DNA of 64,000 nt. It comes from Candidatus Latescibacterota bacterium (GTDB taxonomy: Bacteria > Latescibacterota > UBA2968 > GCA-2709665). The stretch spans positions 1 to 64,000 of the forward strand of contig CAXXJS010000036.1 of assembly GCA_963662665.2 (NCBI GenBank). Reading direction: 5' to 3'. Both the position numbers and the translations under genes were made by a program. Of this stretch, positions 9,598 through 20,072 are shown one piece after another. The notes under the pieces were generated by a model. The model had not been told where the DNA came from. It searched no databases and saw only the letters and a program-made list of their open reading frames with translations. How positions within the stretch are numbered: the stretch's first letter is position 1; the number at the start of each line of letters is the position of its first letter.

Positions 9598-9626
9598 TTG
9601 ACAAGCCCGGAAAACAAGAGTATATT
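9598..9626 (+). promoter_or_regulatory. sigma-70 promoter of ssb
   Basis: TTGACA-17 bp-TATATT. Confidence 0.7.
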
Positions 9627-9704
9627 CGGTTGAAAGCTATTTCGGAAAGGATGGTGCCATCGTCCATATCAGTTTGTTTTTATTTTATTTAAAGGAGATT
9701 ATTC

Positions 9705-10199
9705 ATGGCACGTAGAGGCGTGAACAAGGTGATTCTGATTGGCAATATCGGGGCGGATCCTGAGTTGCGATATACACCCAGCGGAACCGCTGTCACGAAC
9801 TTCAATATGGCGACCAATGAGAATTGGACGGACAGTTCCGGCGAACGCCAGGAGCGGACCGAATGGCACCGGATTGTCGTTTGGGGTCGTCTGGCTGAAA
9901 TCTGCAATCAGTATCTGCGGAAGGGCAGCAAGGTCTACGTCGAGGGGCGGCTGCAGACCAGCAGCTGGGAGGGGAAGGATGGTCAGAAGCGATATACCAC
10001 CGAGGTCGTTGCCAGAGATATGCAGATGCTGGACTCCCGCGAGGGTGTCGATGCGGGCGGCGGATTTTCCCAGGGTTCCGGTGGGCCGGCCGACGCAACG
10101 CAGGACGCCCGGCCGGGGTCCGGCGAATCGGGGGGCGGCGCGCAGCCGGGCGGGTCGGGTCCGCCGCCGTACAATGCGGACGACGATCTGCCTTTCTGA
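9705..10199 (+). CDS. ssb: single-stranded DNA-binding protein
   Basis: [16 protein letters not shown], acidic tail DDDLPF. Confidence 0.97.
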   Translation: MARRGVNKVILIGNIGADPELRYTPSGTAVTNFNMATNENWTDSSGERQERTEWHRIVVWGRLAEICNQYLRKGSKVYVEGRLQTSSWEGKDGQKRYTTEVVARDMQMLDSREGVDAGGGFSQGSGGPADATQDARPGSGESGGGAQPGGSGPPPYNADDDLPF

Positions 10200-10250
10200 A
10201 CGCGGTGGTCGCCGGCATCGCGAAATGGTTCGGGATATCCCCGGATCGAA

Positions 10251-10275
10251 GGGCTGCAATTTTCTATTGCAGCCC
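10251..10275. terminator. perfect 10-bp hairpin after ssb (terminator or operator)
   Basis: GGGCTGCAAT-TTTCT-ATTGCAGCCC. No U tract follows. Confidence 0.4.
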
Positions 10276-10383
10276 GATGTCATGTACGTAAATTGACTGC
10301 GCGCCCGCGGTAGCGTGGGTTTCGGGTCACCCTGGCGAGCAATGCATCCGATGGTCCATTGCGGTTAAACAACGGGTGTGAGT

Positions 10384-11031
10384 ATGTTGAAGTTAATCGC
10401 TTTTTTTTCCGGCGCGGCGCTTATGGGGTTGGAAATTGCGGGCAGCCGGGTGCTTGCGCCGTATTTCGGCAGTTCGGTTTTTGTCTGGGGCAGCCTGATC
10501 GGGGTTGTTCTTGCCGCGATAAGTTTCGGAGCGTACGCCGGTGGGAGACTGGCGGACCGGGTGCCGACGGGGCCGCCATTGGCCGGGTTGCTGGGGGTGG
10601 CAGGGTTGGTGGCGCTGGTGCTGCCCTGGGTGGCGGCGGCGGTGAACCGGGCGGTTTTTTTTATGCATCTGGGTCCGCGTGGCGGGCCGTTGCTGGCTTC
10701 GGTCGTGCTTTTTGCGATACCGGGTGCGGCGCTGGGGGCCGTTACGCCGTTTATTGTCCGGATGCTGGCGGACCGGGTGGAACGGGTCGGTGGCGTTGCG
10801 GGGTCGGTGTCCGCACTGTCTGCGGCGGGAAGCATCGCGGGGACGCTGGGCACCGCGTTCTACCTGATTCCCGTAATGGGGGTACGGAATATTCTGCACC
10901 TGATCGGCGTGGTGCTTCTTGTATTGGCGGCGTTGGCTCTGTGGGGAACGGGCATGGCGGCGACAGAACAAGCGGGAATTCGCGCCTGGACCGAACCACC
11001 GTGGCGAGGCCGGGAAACGGATGATACGTGA
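10384..11031 (+). CDS. membrane domain of the fused MFS/spermidine-synthase family, here a separate gene
   Basis: FFSGAALMGLEIAGSRVLAPYFGSS..W motif, GSIAGT, 6-7 TM helices. Confidence 0.8.
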   Translation: MLKLIAFFSGAALMGLEIAGSRVLAPYFGSSVFVWGSLIGVVLAAISFGAYAGGRLADRVPTGPPLAGLLGVAGLVALVLPWVAAAVNRAVFFMHLGPRGGPLLASVVLFAIPGAALGAVTPFIVRMLADRVERVGGVAGSVSALSAAGSIAGTLGTAFYLIPVMGVRNILHLIGVVLLVLAALALWGTGMAATEQAGIRAWTEPPWRGRETDDT

Positions 11032-12049
11032 TTACGCGACGGAGAAGCCTGTGACGGATCTAGGAGGGCACAGATGGTTTTGTACAAAAACCACGTGCGG
11101 TTTGCCTCCGGTCAGTCTCGGTTTCACTCGTTTCCCCTCAAATATTCTGATTTTCTTAATTCTGATATATTCGCACTCTGCATGTGCCGTCCGGCCCGGT
11201 TTGCCGAAGCGGGAACGCCTGGTCTACGTTCACGACTCACTGTACAATCATATCGTCGTTTCGGAAGACGACGACGCACGGTACCTCAGGTTCGGCTACG
11301 GCGCAAAGCAGAGCGCGATGACGCTCTCAGACCCCACGGCGTTGCGCGTGCCTTACACCGCTTACCTTGCGTTGGGTCTCGCGTTTACGCGACCGAAGCG
11401 TGTGCTGATGATCGGACTTGCAGGCGGATCGGTGGCCCGATTCATACGCGCTGTTCGTCCGGCTGTCGCGGTGGACGTCGTCGAACTCGACCCGGAAGTC
11501 GTGCGCGTTGCCAGCCGGTTTTTCGGTATGGAATCGGACGCCGGTTGCAGAATTCACGTGGACGACGGCCGGATGTTTGTGAAACGCGCGACCGAACGGT
11601 ACGACTGGGTTATCCTGGACGCGTTTCATGCGGACTCCATGCCGCACCATCTGGCAACTGCGGAATTCTTCACGGAGCTAAAGCGAATTCTGGCACCGGG
11701 TGGCGTTGTGACCGTGAACGTGGCGCCTCTGGGTCCTGGTATATTGTATCTCTCGATCATTCGAACGTTGGCCGAAGTATTTCCACAGGTGTACCTGTTT
11801 CAGGTTCCAAAGCGGAGCAACGTCGTGGCCGTTGCCACGGCCGATGGAACACGGCGTGCGGGAAGTGAGATTGCAAGCGCCGTGGATGAATTGAAGGCGG
11901 AAGTTGGCGACGCGCTGGAATTGCTGATCGCCACGGCCCCATATGGAGAGCGTAAGCCGGTGGTTCGGGGCGTTCCGGTGCTGACGGACGACTATGCGCC
12001 GGTGGACTGGCTGCGATTCCGGCGTGCTCCGGCAGCGATCATCAGGTAG
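11021..12049 (+). CDS. spermidine synthase-like SAM-dependent methyltransferase
   Basis: VLMIGLAGGS, VELDPEV, DDGRMF, DWVILDAF, VLTDDYAPV. Start uncertain. Confidence 0.8.
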   Translation: MIRDYATEKPVTDLGGHRWFCTKTTCGLPPVSLGFTRFPSNILIFLILIYSHSACAVRPGLPKRERLVYVHDSLYNHIVVSEDDDARYLRFGYGAKQSAMTLSDPTALRVPYTAYLALGLAFTRPKRVLMIGLAGGSVARFIRAVRPAVAVDVVELDPEVVRVASRFFGMESDAGCRIHVDDGRMFVKRATERYDWVILDAFHADSMPHHLATAEFFTELKRILAPGGVVTVNVAPLGPGILYLSIIRTLAEVFPQVYLFQVPKRSNVVAVATADGTRRAGSEIASAVDELKAEVGDALELLIATAPYGERKPVVRGVPVLTDDYAPVDWLRFRRAPAAIIR

Positions 12050-12110
12050 ACGCGGCATCGGGCGCCGACGTGGATTACGGCTCGATGTCTTAAGCAGAAG
12101 GAGACGTGTG

Positions 12111-13766
12111 ATGGCAGAAGTATGGAATCCGGAACCTGAGTTGCTGGAGTCGCTGGACGCGGCTGTACCGGGAATTCTGGCATCTCAGAAGGAGAACGGA
12201 CGGTTCGGCACGGAACCGTGGATCTGCGGTGACCAGAACGTCATTTTTTCGCTGGCGGCGGCCTGGCACCTGAAGGAAAGCGAATATTACCGGAACGACG
12301 ATGTGTTACAGGCGATCGTTCGGGGTGGGGACGCGCTGATTCACGCGCAGGATGAGGACGGAAAGTGGACGTTTCTGAAAAAGGACTATTCGGAGTGGGG
12401 CCAGATTTTTATGCCCTGGACCTACAGCCGCTGGATTCGCGCGTATCAGGTGGTGGGGGATGCCATGGACGCCGATGCGCGGGCCCGGTGGGACGAAGCG
12501 CTGCAGATGGGGTTCGATGGAATTTCACGGACGTGCCTGGCGCATGTACACAACATACCCGCACACCATTCGATGGCCTTGTTCTGCGCCGGTACGGTGT
12601 TCGGCCGGGAGGACTGGCGAAACCAGACGCAAGCGTTCATGGCGAAAGTGGCTGGCGCGCAGTCGTCTCAGGGCTGGTGGCCGGAACACAACGGGCCGGT
12701 CGTGGCTTACAACTATGTCTATTCGGATTCATTGGGGACCTACTACGGGATGTCGGGCGACGCGGCGGTGTTGCCTGCTCTCGAACGTGCGGCTGCTTAT
12801 CATGCAAATCTTACCTATCCGGATGGGAGTACCGTAGAGACCGTGGATGGCCGCAACCCCTATCACACCGGTGTACATTCGGGCAATCCCGGGTTCAGCC
12901 ACACGGCCGTCGGAAGAGGGTATCTGGCGCAGCAGCACCGGCTGTTGCTGGCCGAGGGCAATCGTTTTGACGCGGACTATGCGGCGAGTTTGCTGCTATA
13001 TGGCGGTCGCGGAGAGGCAGAGGAGACCGCCGCCGGGCAGCAACGGCACGTCTTCCGCATGGGCGACGAGGCGACTGCAGTGAGGAACGGCCCCTGGTTC
13101 TTCTGTCTGTCTGCTTTTGTGGTGGACTTCCCCCAGAATCGATGGGGACAGGATCGACAGAATTTCGTAAGCGTGTTTCACGACAGGGCGGGGCTGATTG
13201 TGGGCGGCGGGAACACAAAGCTGCAGCCGCTGTGGAGTTGCTTCACGGTTGGGGACAAGCGTCTTCTGGCTCACACGCCCGGTGACGAAGATCCGGACTT
13301 CGACGCACCCGATGGATTGATCCACGTGCCGGACGAAGTTTCATACGTTTCCGGCGAAAATGGTGGCTGTCTGACGATGCGCTACGGCGATGAGACGTGC
13401 GGGGTGGAGGTGAAGGTCGCGTCCGAAACCGAACTGACGCTCGCGTACGAATCAACGCGAAATTCAGGAATGCCGGTGGACGGACACGTGACATTGATGC
13501 CGCAATTGGACCGACCGGTGGGGTTTTCGACGGGACACACCACAATCCTGGGTGAAGCGCGACAGGAGTGGTCCGGGGAGGCGTGGATCGAACATGCCGG
13601 ATGGCGGCTGTTTCTGTCGCCGGGGAGCAGGGTTGTCTGGCCGGCACTGCCCCATAACCCCTACCGGAAGGCGGGTGACTCGACTATCGAAGAGGCGCGA
13701 CTGGTCGTCGTGCTGCCCTTTTCGGCAAGCGCAGACCGCCATGTGTTGAAATTGGAGGTGCCGTAA
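12111..13766 (+). CDS. hypothetical protein, alpha/alpha toroid plus beta-sandwich (heparinase II/III-like)
   Basis: Long ORF with RBS AAGGAG. HNIPAHH and QSSQGWWPEH..YNYVY resemble alpha-toroid lyases. Confidence 0.55.
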   Translation: MAEVWNPEPELLESLDAAVPGILASQKENGRFGTEPWICGDQNVIFSLAAAWHLKESEYYRNDDVLQAIVRGGDALIHAQDEDGKWTFLKKDYSEWGQIFMPWTYSRWIRAYQVVGDAMDADARARWDEALQMGFDGISRTCLAHVHNIPAHHSMALFCAGTVFGREDWRNQTQAFMAKVAGAQSSQGWWPEHNGPVVAYNYVYSDSLGTYYGMSGDAAVLPALERAAAYHANLTYPDGSTVETVDGRNPYHTGVHSGNPGFSHTAVGRGYLAQQHRLLLAEGNRFDADYAASLLLYGGRGEAEETAAGQQRHVFRMGDEATAVRNGPWFFCLSAFVVDFPQNRWGQDRQNFVSVFHDRAGLIVGGGNTKLQPLWSCFTVGDKRLLAHTPGDEDPDFDAPDGLIHVPDEVSYVSGENGGCLTMRYGDETCGVEVKVASETELTLAYESTRNSGMPVDGHVTLMPQLDRPVGFSTGHTTILGEARQEWSGEAWIEHAGWRLFLSPGSRVVWPALPHNPYRKAGDSTIEEARLVVVLPFSASADRHVLKLEVP

Positions 13767-13800
13767 AAGGCGGGTACCGCCGTGCGGACGGCATTCCGGT

Positions 13801-14673
13801 ATGGTAGACGACGTTCAGGTTGGATGGTACAAAGTATGCGTGGACCTGCAGCAACACGCTTCCGGAACGGTGTCCGAGTTACTGTTTGACCTGGGAAGCT
13901 GCGGGTTGGAGGAGCAATGTGGCACGGCATATGGAAAGACAAGGTTGACGGCATACTTTTCCGATGACGTGGACAGCGGCAGGGTTTTGGCTGGTCTTGA
14001 GGATGGACTGAACGCGCTCAAGGGAGACCAGGCCGCCGTAAGCGTTGAATTGAAGGACGTCCCGCCCGAGGATTGGGCGGAAACGTGGAAGGCCCGTTTC
14101 AAGCCCGTTTCTCCGATTCCGAACCTCGTGATTTGTCCGCCGTGGGAACGTGTCGACGATCCGGAAGGTGGGTTCAGTCTCGTTATCGAGCCGAAGACGG
14201 CTTTCGGAACCGGTCAGCACGAAACGACGCGGTTGTCCCTGAGGATGTTGCACGCGGCCGTGAGTCCGGGTGACACCGTCCTCGACGTTGGCACAGGCTC
14301 GGGCATCCTGAGCCTCGCCGCGGCCGGATTCGGCGCATCACGGGTGACAGGCATCGACGTCGATGCGCTGGCCGTTGAGAATGCCCGTGCGAATCAGCAT
14401 CTGAATGAACGCGGCAACGTGGTGTTCCGGACGGGAACGCTGGAAGACGAATCCGGCGAATTCGACGTTGTCGTTGCCAATATCGAAAGCCGGATTCTGA
14501 ACCCGATGCTGCCAGCGCTGGTTTCTCACATGGCGCCACGGGGAGATCTGATCCTCGGAGGCGTGCTGGTTCAGGAGCAGGCGGAACTCCTCAAGCCGGT
14601 ACGCGGGGCCGGATTGCAGGTGGTGGAGGTCCGTGAAGAGAACGGCTGGTTGGGTATCCGGGCAGTCCGATAA
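13801..14673 (+). CDS. prmA: ribosomal protein L11 methyltransferase
   Basis: EDWAETWK, IEPKTAFGTGQHETT, LDVGTGSGILS, VVANI. Confidence 0.93.
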   Translation: MVDDVQVGWYKVCVDLQQHASGTVSELLFDLGSCGLEEQCGTAYGKTRLTAYFSDDVDSGRVLAGLEDGLNALKGDQAAVSVELKDVPPEDWAETWKARFKPVSPIPNLVICPPWERVDDPEGGFSLVIEPKTAFGTGQHETTRLSLRMLHAAVSPGDTVLDVGTGSGILSLAAAGFGASRVTGIDVDALAVENARANQHLNERGNVVFRTGTLEDESGEFDVVVANIESRILNPMLPALVSHMAPRGDLILGGVLVQEQAELLKPVRGAGLQVVEVREENGWLGIRAVR

Positions 14674-14791
14674 AACACGTACTTAGACCGAAAGACCGCG
14701 TTTCGGATATCGCTGTGGGTCGGACACGTCATGAACACATCCGGCGGCGAGACGTCCGGCAAAGCTGAATCGTTCGGTCCGTGCGGAGGGT

Positions 14792-15910
14792 CTACCGCAC
14801 GGCCAGTTTGAGCATTTTTTCGGTCGATTTCAGTCCGTGTCCCGTCAGAGGCGCGACAATGCACTCGTCTTCGTCCACCGGAATCTTCTTGAAGGCCGCT
14901 ATGGCGGTGGCGGAAGTGGGTTCCGCGTAAAGGCCCTGCATGGAGATATCCAGCAGGGCTTTCTCGATTTCGGCATCCGTCACGGCGACGACCTGCCCGC
15001 CGGTCTCGCGGATAGCGTCCAGGATCTGGGAAGCCCGTGTGGGTTCCGCGATTGCTATTCCCTCGGCAACGGTACCCCCTGAAGAAGCGGGGGGAATCTC
15101 CGACAGTTGATCCCGCCACATTCGAAACAGGGGTGCGCAACCGGCGGCCTGCACGGCGATCAATCTGGGCAACCGGGCGATCAGCCCGTTGTTCAAGAGG
15201 TCCCGGAAGCCGAGAAAGGCGCCGATAAGCAGGGTGCCGTGCCCCGTTGGGATGATTAAAGCATCAGGCGCATTGAAATCGAGTTGCTCCCAGATTTCAA
15301 ATGCGTATGTCTTGGTGCCCTGAAAGAAGAAGGGGTTCCAGACGTGGCTTGCGTAGAAGTGGCGTTCGGCCGCTTGCATTGCCGCACGTGCCGTGGCTTC
15401 TCTGGAGCCTGGTACGAGGTTCAGTTTCGCTCCGTAGAGCCGGATCTGGGCGAGTTTTCCCGGAGAAGTCGACTCGGGAACGAATATTTCGCATTCGATT
15501 CCCGCCTTTGCCGCATATGCGGCGACGGCGGCGCCGGCGTTGCCGGACGAGTCCTCAACGACTTTTCCAACCCCGAGTTCCAGGGCGCGGCTGATCAGTA
15601 CCGAGGCGCCGCGGTCTTTGAAGGAACCGGTGGGAAAGAGGTTTTCCTGCTTGACGGCGAGGGGTTTGCCATCGATTTGCGTCCGGATGACCGGTGTAGA
15701 CCCTTCGTTGAATGAGACGATGTGGTCATCCGCCTCAATGGGTAACGCTTCCCGATATCGCCACATCCCGGGCGGCCGGGTCCTGATTCTGGAAACGTCG
15801 ATGGCACCGTAGAAACCAACGTCCAGGGGTTCGCCGCAGTCGCATTTCCACAGGCGGGAATCTTCGGAGTGGACGACGTTGCAGGCGCGGCAAACGATCT
15901 TTAGCGTCAT
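14792..15910 (-). CDS. thrC: threonine synthase-like PLP enzyme
   Basis: N-terminal CxxC..CxC, PTGSFKDRG, EDSSGNAG, EPTSA. Start at ATG 15910. Confidence 0.75.
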   Translation of the reverse strand: MTLKIVCRACNVVHSEDSRLWKCDCGEPLDVGFYGAIDVSRIRTRPPGMWRYREALPIEADDHIVSFNEGSTPVIRTQIDGKPLAVKQENLFPTGSFKDRGASVLISRALELGVGKVVEDSSGNAGAAVAAYAAKAGIECEIFVPESTSPGKLAQIRLYGAKLNLVPGSREATARAAMQAAERHFYASHVWNPFFFQGTKTYAFEIWEQLDFNAPDALIIPTGHGTLLIGAFLGFRDLLNNGLIARLPRLIAVQAAGCAPLFRMWRDQLSEIPPASSGGTVAEGIAIAEPTRASQILDAIRETGGQVVAVTDAEIEKALLDISMQGLYAEPTSATAIAAFKKIPVDEDECIVAPLTGHGLKSTEKMLKLAVR

Positions 15911-16695
15911 GAAAGGACTCTTCCTTTGAGCATGGCGGAGGTTATAGCGATTGCTGTCCGGCGCGGAATGAGTCTTCCCGTAAAATTGAGCACTTTGTTG
16001 GCAACGCCATGGATCACGGAGGGTTTTCTGCCGAGTTTTCTCAGAGCCAGTGACACGACTGCATCCGGTGTGGCCTCCCTGAAGCCGCTGGCATCCTTGA
16101 TGTGGGCAACGCGGGTGAATTCGGTTTTTGTGAATCCGGGAGATAGCGACAGGCAGTCGATGCCCTTCGGCCTGTACTCCTTCCATAGGGATTCACCCAT
16201 CAACAGATTGAAGGCTTTGGTGGCGCCGTATACGCCGAGGTACGGGGTGGCCTGGTACGCGGCGGTGGATGCAAGAAAGACCAGGCCGCCCCGGCCTCTC
16301 GTCAACATTGGTGGCAGATAGTGGTTGGTGAGCATTACCGGCACGACGCAGTTCAACACGGTCATGTTGACCACCCGATCGGGGTCCAGATCGGCGTGCG
16401 CGCCGGAAAGACCGAATCCGGCGTTGTTGACCAGCAGGCCGACTTCAAGGTCGCTGGTTCGTTCGCCGACCAGCCTGCAGGCATTGCGATCCGTAAGGTC
16501 GACGGGAACGACGCGCGTCTGTACGCCGTGAACCCGCCGGACACCTTCGGCGAGCGCTTCCATTCGTTCTTCCCGACGGGCTGCGAGCACCACGTTCAAA
16601 CCCCGTGCGGCCAGTTGCTTCACGAATTCGGTCCCGAGTCCGGATGAAGCGCCCGTGACCAGTGCCCACGGACCATACTTGTCGTGCCATTGCAT
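15907..16695 (-). CDS. SDR family oxidoreductase
   Basis: YGPWALVTGASSGLG, VNNAG, YGATK. Confidence 0.9.
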   Translation of the reverse strand: MQWHDKYGPWALVTGASSGLGTEFVKQLAARGLNVVLAARREERMEALAEGVRRVHGVQTRVVPVDLTDRNACRLVGERTSDLEVGLLVNNAGFGLSGAHADLDPDRVVNMTVLNCVVPVMLTNHYLPPMLTRGRGGLVFLASTAAYQATPYLGVYGATKAFNLLMGESLWKEYRPKGIDCLSLSPGFTKTEFTRVAHIKDASGFREATPDAVVSLALRKLGRKPSVIHGVANKVLNFTGRLIPRRTAIAITSAMLKGRVLS

Positions 16696-16778
16696 GGATA
16701 CGGATCCTTTGCAGTCCAAGGGACCAGCGTCGTATATGGTCTGGCGACCTCGTAAGAATATCGTCCTGCGGCGTATCT

Positions 16779-17630
16779 CTATTCTACCAGCGAGGACTCA
16801 GCGAGTGCATCCGTATCGGCCACCATCTGTTTCCATGCGTTGTCGGTATAGTCCGGACCGAAGTCAAAGGGAGGGGTCTCGATGCACATAGTACGCTTAT
16901 AGCCGATACGGGCGGCGTGCCGGAAAAACCTGTGCCAGTCGACCCGTCCGTGGCCGGGCGCGAGGTGGGAATCGCGGTCGCCCGCGTTGTCCGCCAGATG
17001 AAATGCGACTACGTGGGCGCCCATGACTTCAAAGAATCGATGGGCATTCCCCCGGCCGGCCACCAGCGCGTGGCCGGTATCCAGACAGAAACCCAGATTG
17101 GGGTGGGCGAAGTCACGGATGATCCGTTCGAAGTGTTCGGGTCTGGAAGTGAATCGTCCGCCGCCGGACGGCAACATATTTTCCAGCGCAATCGTGAAGT
17201 TGAGGGCTTCGGCTTCACGCAGGAGTACGTCCAGGCTCTTGCCGATCTGGCGGAAATAGGTATTGAGTCCCTCCACGCCGGCGTCGGTACGGTTCGTGGT
17301 GGGATGCTGGATGCCAACGGTGGCCCCGATCAGCGAGGCCCTTTCCATCCAGAGGCGCATTTTGTCCACGGCCCGCAAGCGTGTGGATTCATAGAAAGAA
17401 GCGATGTCGTCTTCTGGAGAAAAGGGCAGGTGAAACGACTCGATGCAAAGTCCCGCCGCTCGATAGCTTCCGCCCAGTGCCTGCAGTTCGGCCTCGGCCT
17501 TTCCTTCAAACAACGGCGGTGCGCCTTCGATGCCTGCCAGCCCCGCGAAGCGACAGGTCTCCATGATTTCACCATGGGACTTTTCAGCCAGTCCGTAACC
17601 CGTCGTGGTCCACGTCCAGCCTTTCTGCAT
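16779..17630 (-). CDS. sugar phosphate isomerase/epimerase
   Basis: ALENM, CLDTGHA, HLADN..DSHL.PG.G..DW. Confidence 0.85.
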   Translation of the reverse strand: MQKGWTWTTTGYGLAEKSHGEIMETCRFAGLAGIEGAPPLFEGKAEAELQALGGSYRAAGLCIESFHLPFSPEDDIASFYESTRLRAVDKMRLWMERASLIGATVGIQHPTTNRTDAGVEGLNTYFRQIGKSLDVLLREAEALNFTIALENMLPSGGGRFTSRPEHFERIIRDFAHPNLGFCLDTGHALVAGRGNAHRFFEVMGAHVVAFHLADNAGDRDSHLAPGHGRVDWHRFFRHAARIGYKRTMCIETPPFDFGPDYTDNAWKQMVADTDALAESSLVE

Positions 17631-17902
17631 GACGGTTTCCTTCTTTGATGGGTGAATCCCGAGTAATCTTCGATTGTCTGAAATTCCCCTGTGCGTTCTC
17701 TAACAGTCCGTTGATACAGTCGCTCTGCAGGCGAGGCCGAGTCATTGTGGCCGAAGACAAGGCGCGCAACCGAGTCGAATCGAGCGATTCGGCGAGGGAG
17801 CGCAACGCAGTATCTCGACCGCAAAGGCCGGCCGTAGCCCGGATGGACTTTTTCAACGGGCTGCTAAGCCGATCAGATACCAATCGCGAGATCGATCTGA
17901 AT

Positions 17903-18679
17903 CTAATTCTTCGCCGGTTGCGCCCGATTGCGCTCCCAGCGATCGTACCAGTCCAGCAATTCAGGAGTTGGCACGAAATCGTGAATCGTTATCCGCCTGC
18001 GTCCGGGCAGATAGTTGCCGGTATGCCAGCCATTGGGATGGTAGAGCGCACAATCGCCCGCGTCCATATAAAGCCGCTCGGACCGCGGCATCCCCTGCGT
18101 ATACTCCAGACATGCACGCTCCCTTTCTTCGCAGGATGCGTCTTCCGGAGGCAGGGGAGCCCCGGCCGCGTCGATTTCGTCCGGCAGGTCGTCTCTCAAA
18201 TAGCTGCCGGGAACATACCAGGTACAGTTGTCCTCATATAACGGACAGTTGATCTGATTGAACCAGAGTGGATCGTGGTTCACGCGGCGAAACTCCTCCA
18301 GGTCAGGTACGTTCGATGTCTCGCGAAGGTCCCGGTGCCACGCGGTGCACCAGGGTTTCTTCTCGGGTTCCAGCAAGAGTCCCAACCGTTTGAGTTCGCT
18401 ATTGGCGATTTTATGCTCGGGGGTGAGTACTTTGCCGATGGCATCTACCAGCGGGGGAAGTTCCGCATAGTCCCAAAAGGGTTTGATGTCGATGTTGTAG
18501 TTGACGATGGGTTGGAGGCGCTGAGCCTGCGGGCCGCGTTGTTCGCGTGCATATTGATGGGCCATTTCCGAGGCGCGACGGAGGTCGCGGATGAGCGACG
18601 GGGGCAGGACCTGCCGGAAGATAACGCAACCCCGCGCACGGTAGTCGTGTATCATGGAATCGCAGAACCTGAAGCCCAT
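17903..18679 (-). CDS. phytanoyl-CoA dioxygenase (PhyH) family protein
   Basis: WHRD, YVPGS, WHTG metal ligands. Confidence 0.85.
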   Translation of the reverse strand: MGFRFCDSMIHDYRARGCVIFRQVLPPSLIRDLRRASEMAHQYAREQRGPQAQRLQPIVNYNIDIKPFWDYAELPPLVDAIGKVLTPEHKIANSELKRLGLLLEPEKKPWCTAWHRDLRETSNVPDLEEFRRVNHDPLWFNQINCPLYEDNCTWYVPGSYLRDDLPDEIDAAGAPLPPEDASCEERERACLEYTQGMPRSERLYMDAGDCALYHPNGWHTGNYLPGRRRITIHDFVPTPELLDWYDRWERNRAQPAKN

Positions 18680-18716
18680 TTGCGTCTCCGGCGGTTTGGA
18701 CCGCCCGTTCCGGCCC

Positions 18717-19280
18717 TTACACCTTTTTTACGATATCTCCCACCCGAACGGTGCCCGGGTGAACCACTCGCGCGTTGAGACCGCGCAGGCGGAGCTGCTT
18801 TCCCAGGCGCGAGTTGACGAATTTCATCGCATCCGCGCCAAATCGCGATACGAATTTTCCACAGCCGGTATGGGGAACCTCGGACACCTGAATCACGGCG
18901 GCGCCGAGTGAAAGTCGGGTGCCGGCTGGCAGATTGTCTTCGCTCAGGTCCAGATCCACGTACAACTGGTCACCGGCGAGTTGCCAGCGGTTGTCGCCTT
19001 GTGCGACAAGGGCGGCGCACCGCGCGTTCATGACGTTGAGCTGCATCTCGGGATCAGCCGATCCGTCGGGCGTTCGGGAACTGCCGCGTGTCTTCCAGTT
19101 GTCGCCGACGAGGCCCTCCGCCGGTTGGAGATTGCCTTCGGCGAGGACTTCCCGGCAGCCGACGTCCGGCCTTCGCACGATCAACTTCAGAGTGCCGTCG
19201 TCTTCCGGTGACTCCCGGATTTCGTCCAGTCCATTTTCGAGTTCCTTCATTTTCAGATGTCTTACGCCATCCATTTCCAT
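18717..19280 (-). CDS. MOSC domain protein
   Basis: GLVGDNW, GDQLYVDLDLS, PHTGCGKF, RGLNARV. Confidence 0.85.
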   Translation of the reverse strand: MEMDGVRHLKMKELENGLDEIRESPEDDGTLKLIVRRPDVGCREVLAEGNLQPAEGLVGDNWKTRGSSRTPDGSADPEMQLNVMNARCAALVAQGDNRWQLAGDQLYVDLDLSEDNLPAGTRLSLGAAVIQVSEVPHTGCGKFVSRFGADAMKFVNSRLGKQLRLRGLNARVVHPGTVRVGDIVKKV

Positions 19281-19391
19281 CCTCCGTCTTCTTGGTTTTC
19301 GCCATTGTGAGCCCGAATGACGCCTGGAGACAGGGAAAGCACACCGTCCGGACCCCGGAAAACGCTGTATACTCCATATGTCGAGTCAAGG

Positions 19392-20072
19392 TCAGGTCGA
19401 AGGCCATTCAAACCCATACCCTACGCCTCTAACGGTGGAAATCGTACCGTTAAAGCCGGCCAGTTTCGATCGAAGTCTCGCGACATGTACGTCAACGGTG
19501 CGCATGCCTCCGTGATAGTCGTATCCCCATATGCGATCAAGCAGATCCGATCGGGTAAACACGCGGTCCCGGTGCACGACCAGGTATTTTAACAATTCGT
19601 ACTCTTTCAGCGTGAGGTCGACCAGAGTGCCGCATATGCGGACTTCGTAACGCACCAGGTTGATGACCAGTTCGTCCAACTGGATTACGACCCGCCGTTC
19701 CGTGCGTCCGAGGATCAATTTCAAGCGGGCATCAAGTTGTCCGAGGGAATGTGGCCGTGTGATGAAGTCGGTGATTCCCGTCGAGAAGTCCAGGTTCGAG
19801 ACACGGGCTTCGTCGGTGATCAGCAATATCGGTGTATTTCTGCCCATGGGGGGCCGCAGAAGATATTGAACTGATTCCGACAGTTGGCCCGAGAACTCAT
19901 CGTCGTCGACGATGAGGAGGTCTACCGGATCGATCGGCTGATTGCCTGCATATAGTCGTTCGTTACGGTCCTGGTTCCAGGTCTGATGGGAGACGTTATG
20001 ACCGATCGATTCCAGATCTGACTTCAGTTGGATGCCGTGGGTTTCATTGGCAAGCAGCAGGATGTGGGCCAT
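19392..20072 (-). CDS. OmpR/GlnR-like response regulator with atypical receiver
   Basis: Winged helix LTLKEYELL..TVDVHVARLRSKL..TVRGVGY. The receiver lacks the N-terminal acidic pair and has RP in place of KP. Confidence 0.85.
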   Translation of the reverse strand: MAHILLLANETHGIQLKSDLESIGHNVSHQTWNQDRNERLYAGNQPIDPVDLLIVDDDEFSGQLSESVQYLLRPPMGRNTPILLITDEARVSNLDFSTGITDFITRPHSLGQLDARLKLILGRTERRVVIQLDELVINLVRYEVRICGTLVDLTLKEYELLKYLVVHRDRVFTRSDLLDRIWGYDYHGGMRTVDVHVARLRSKLAGFNGTISTVRGVGYGFEWPST

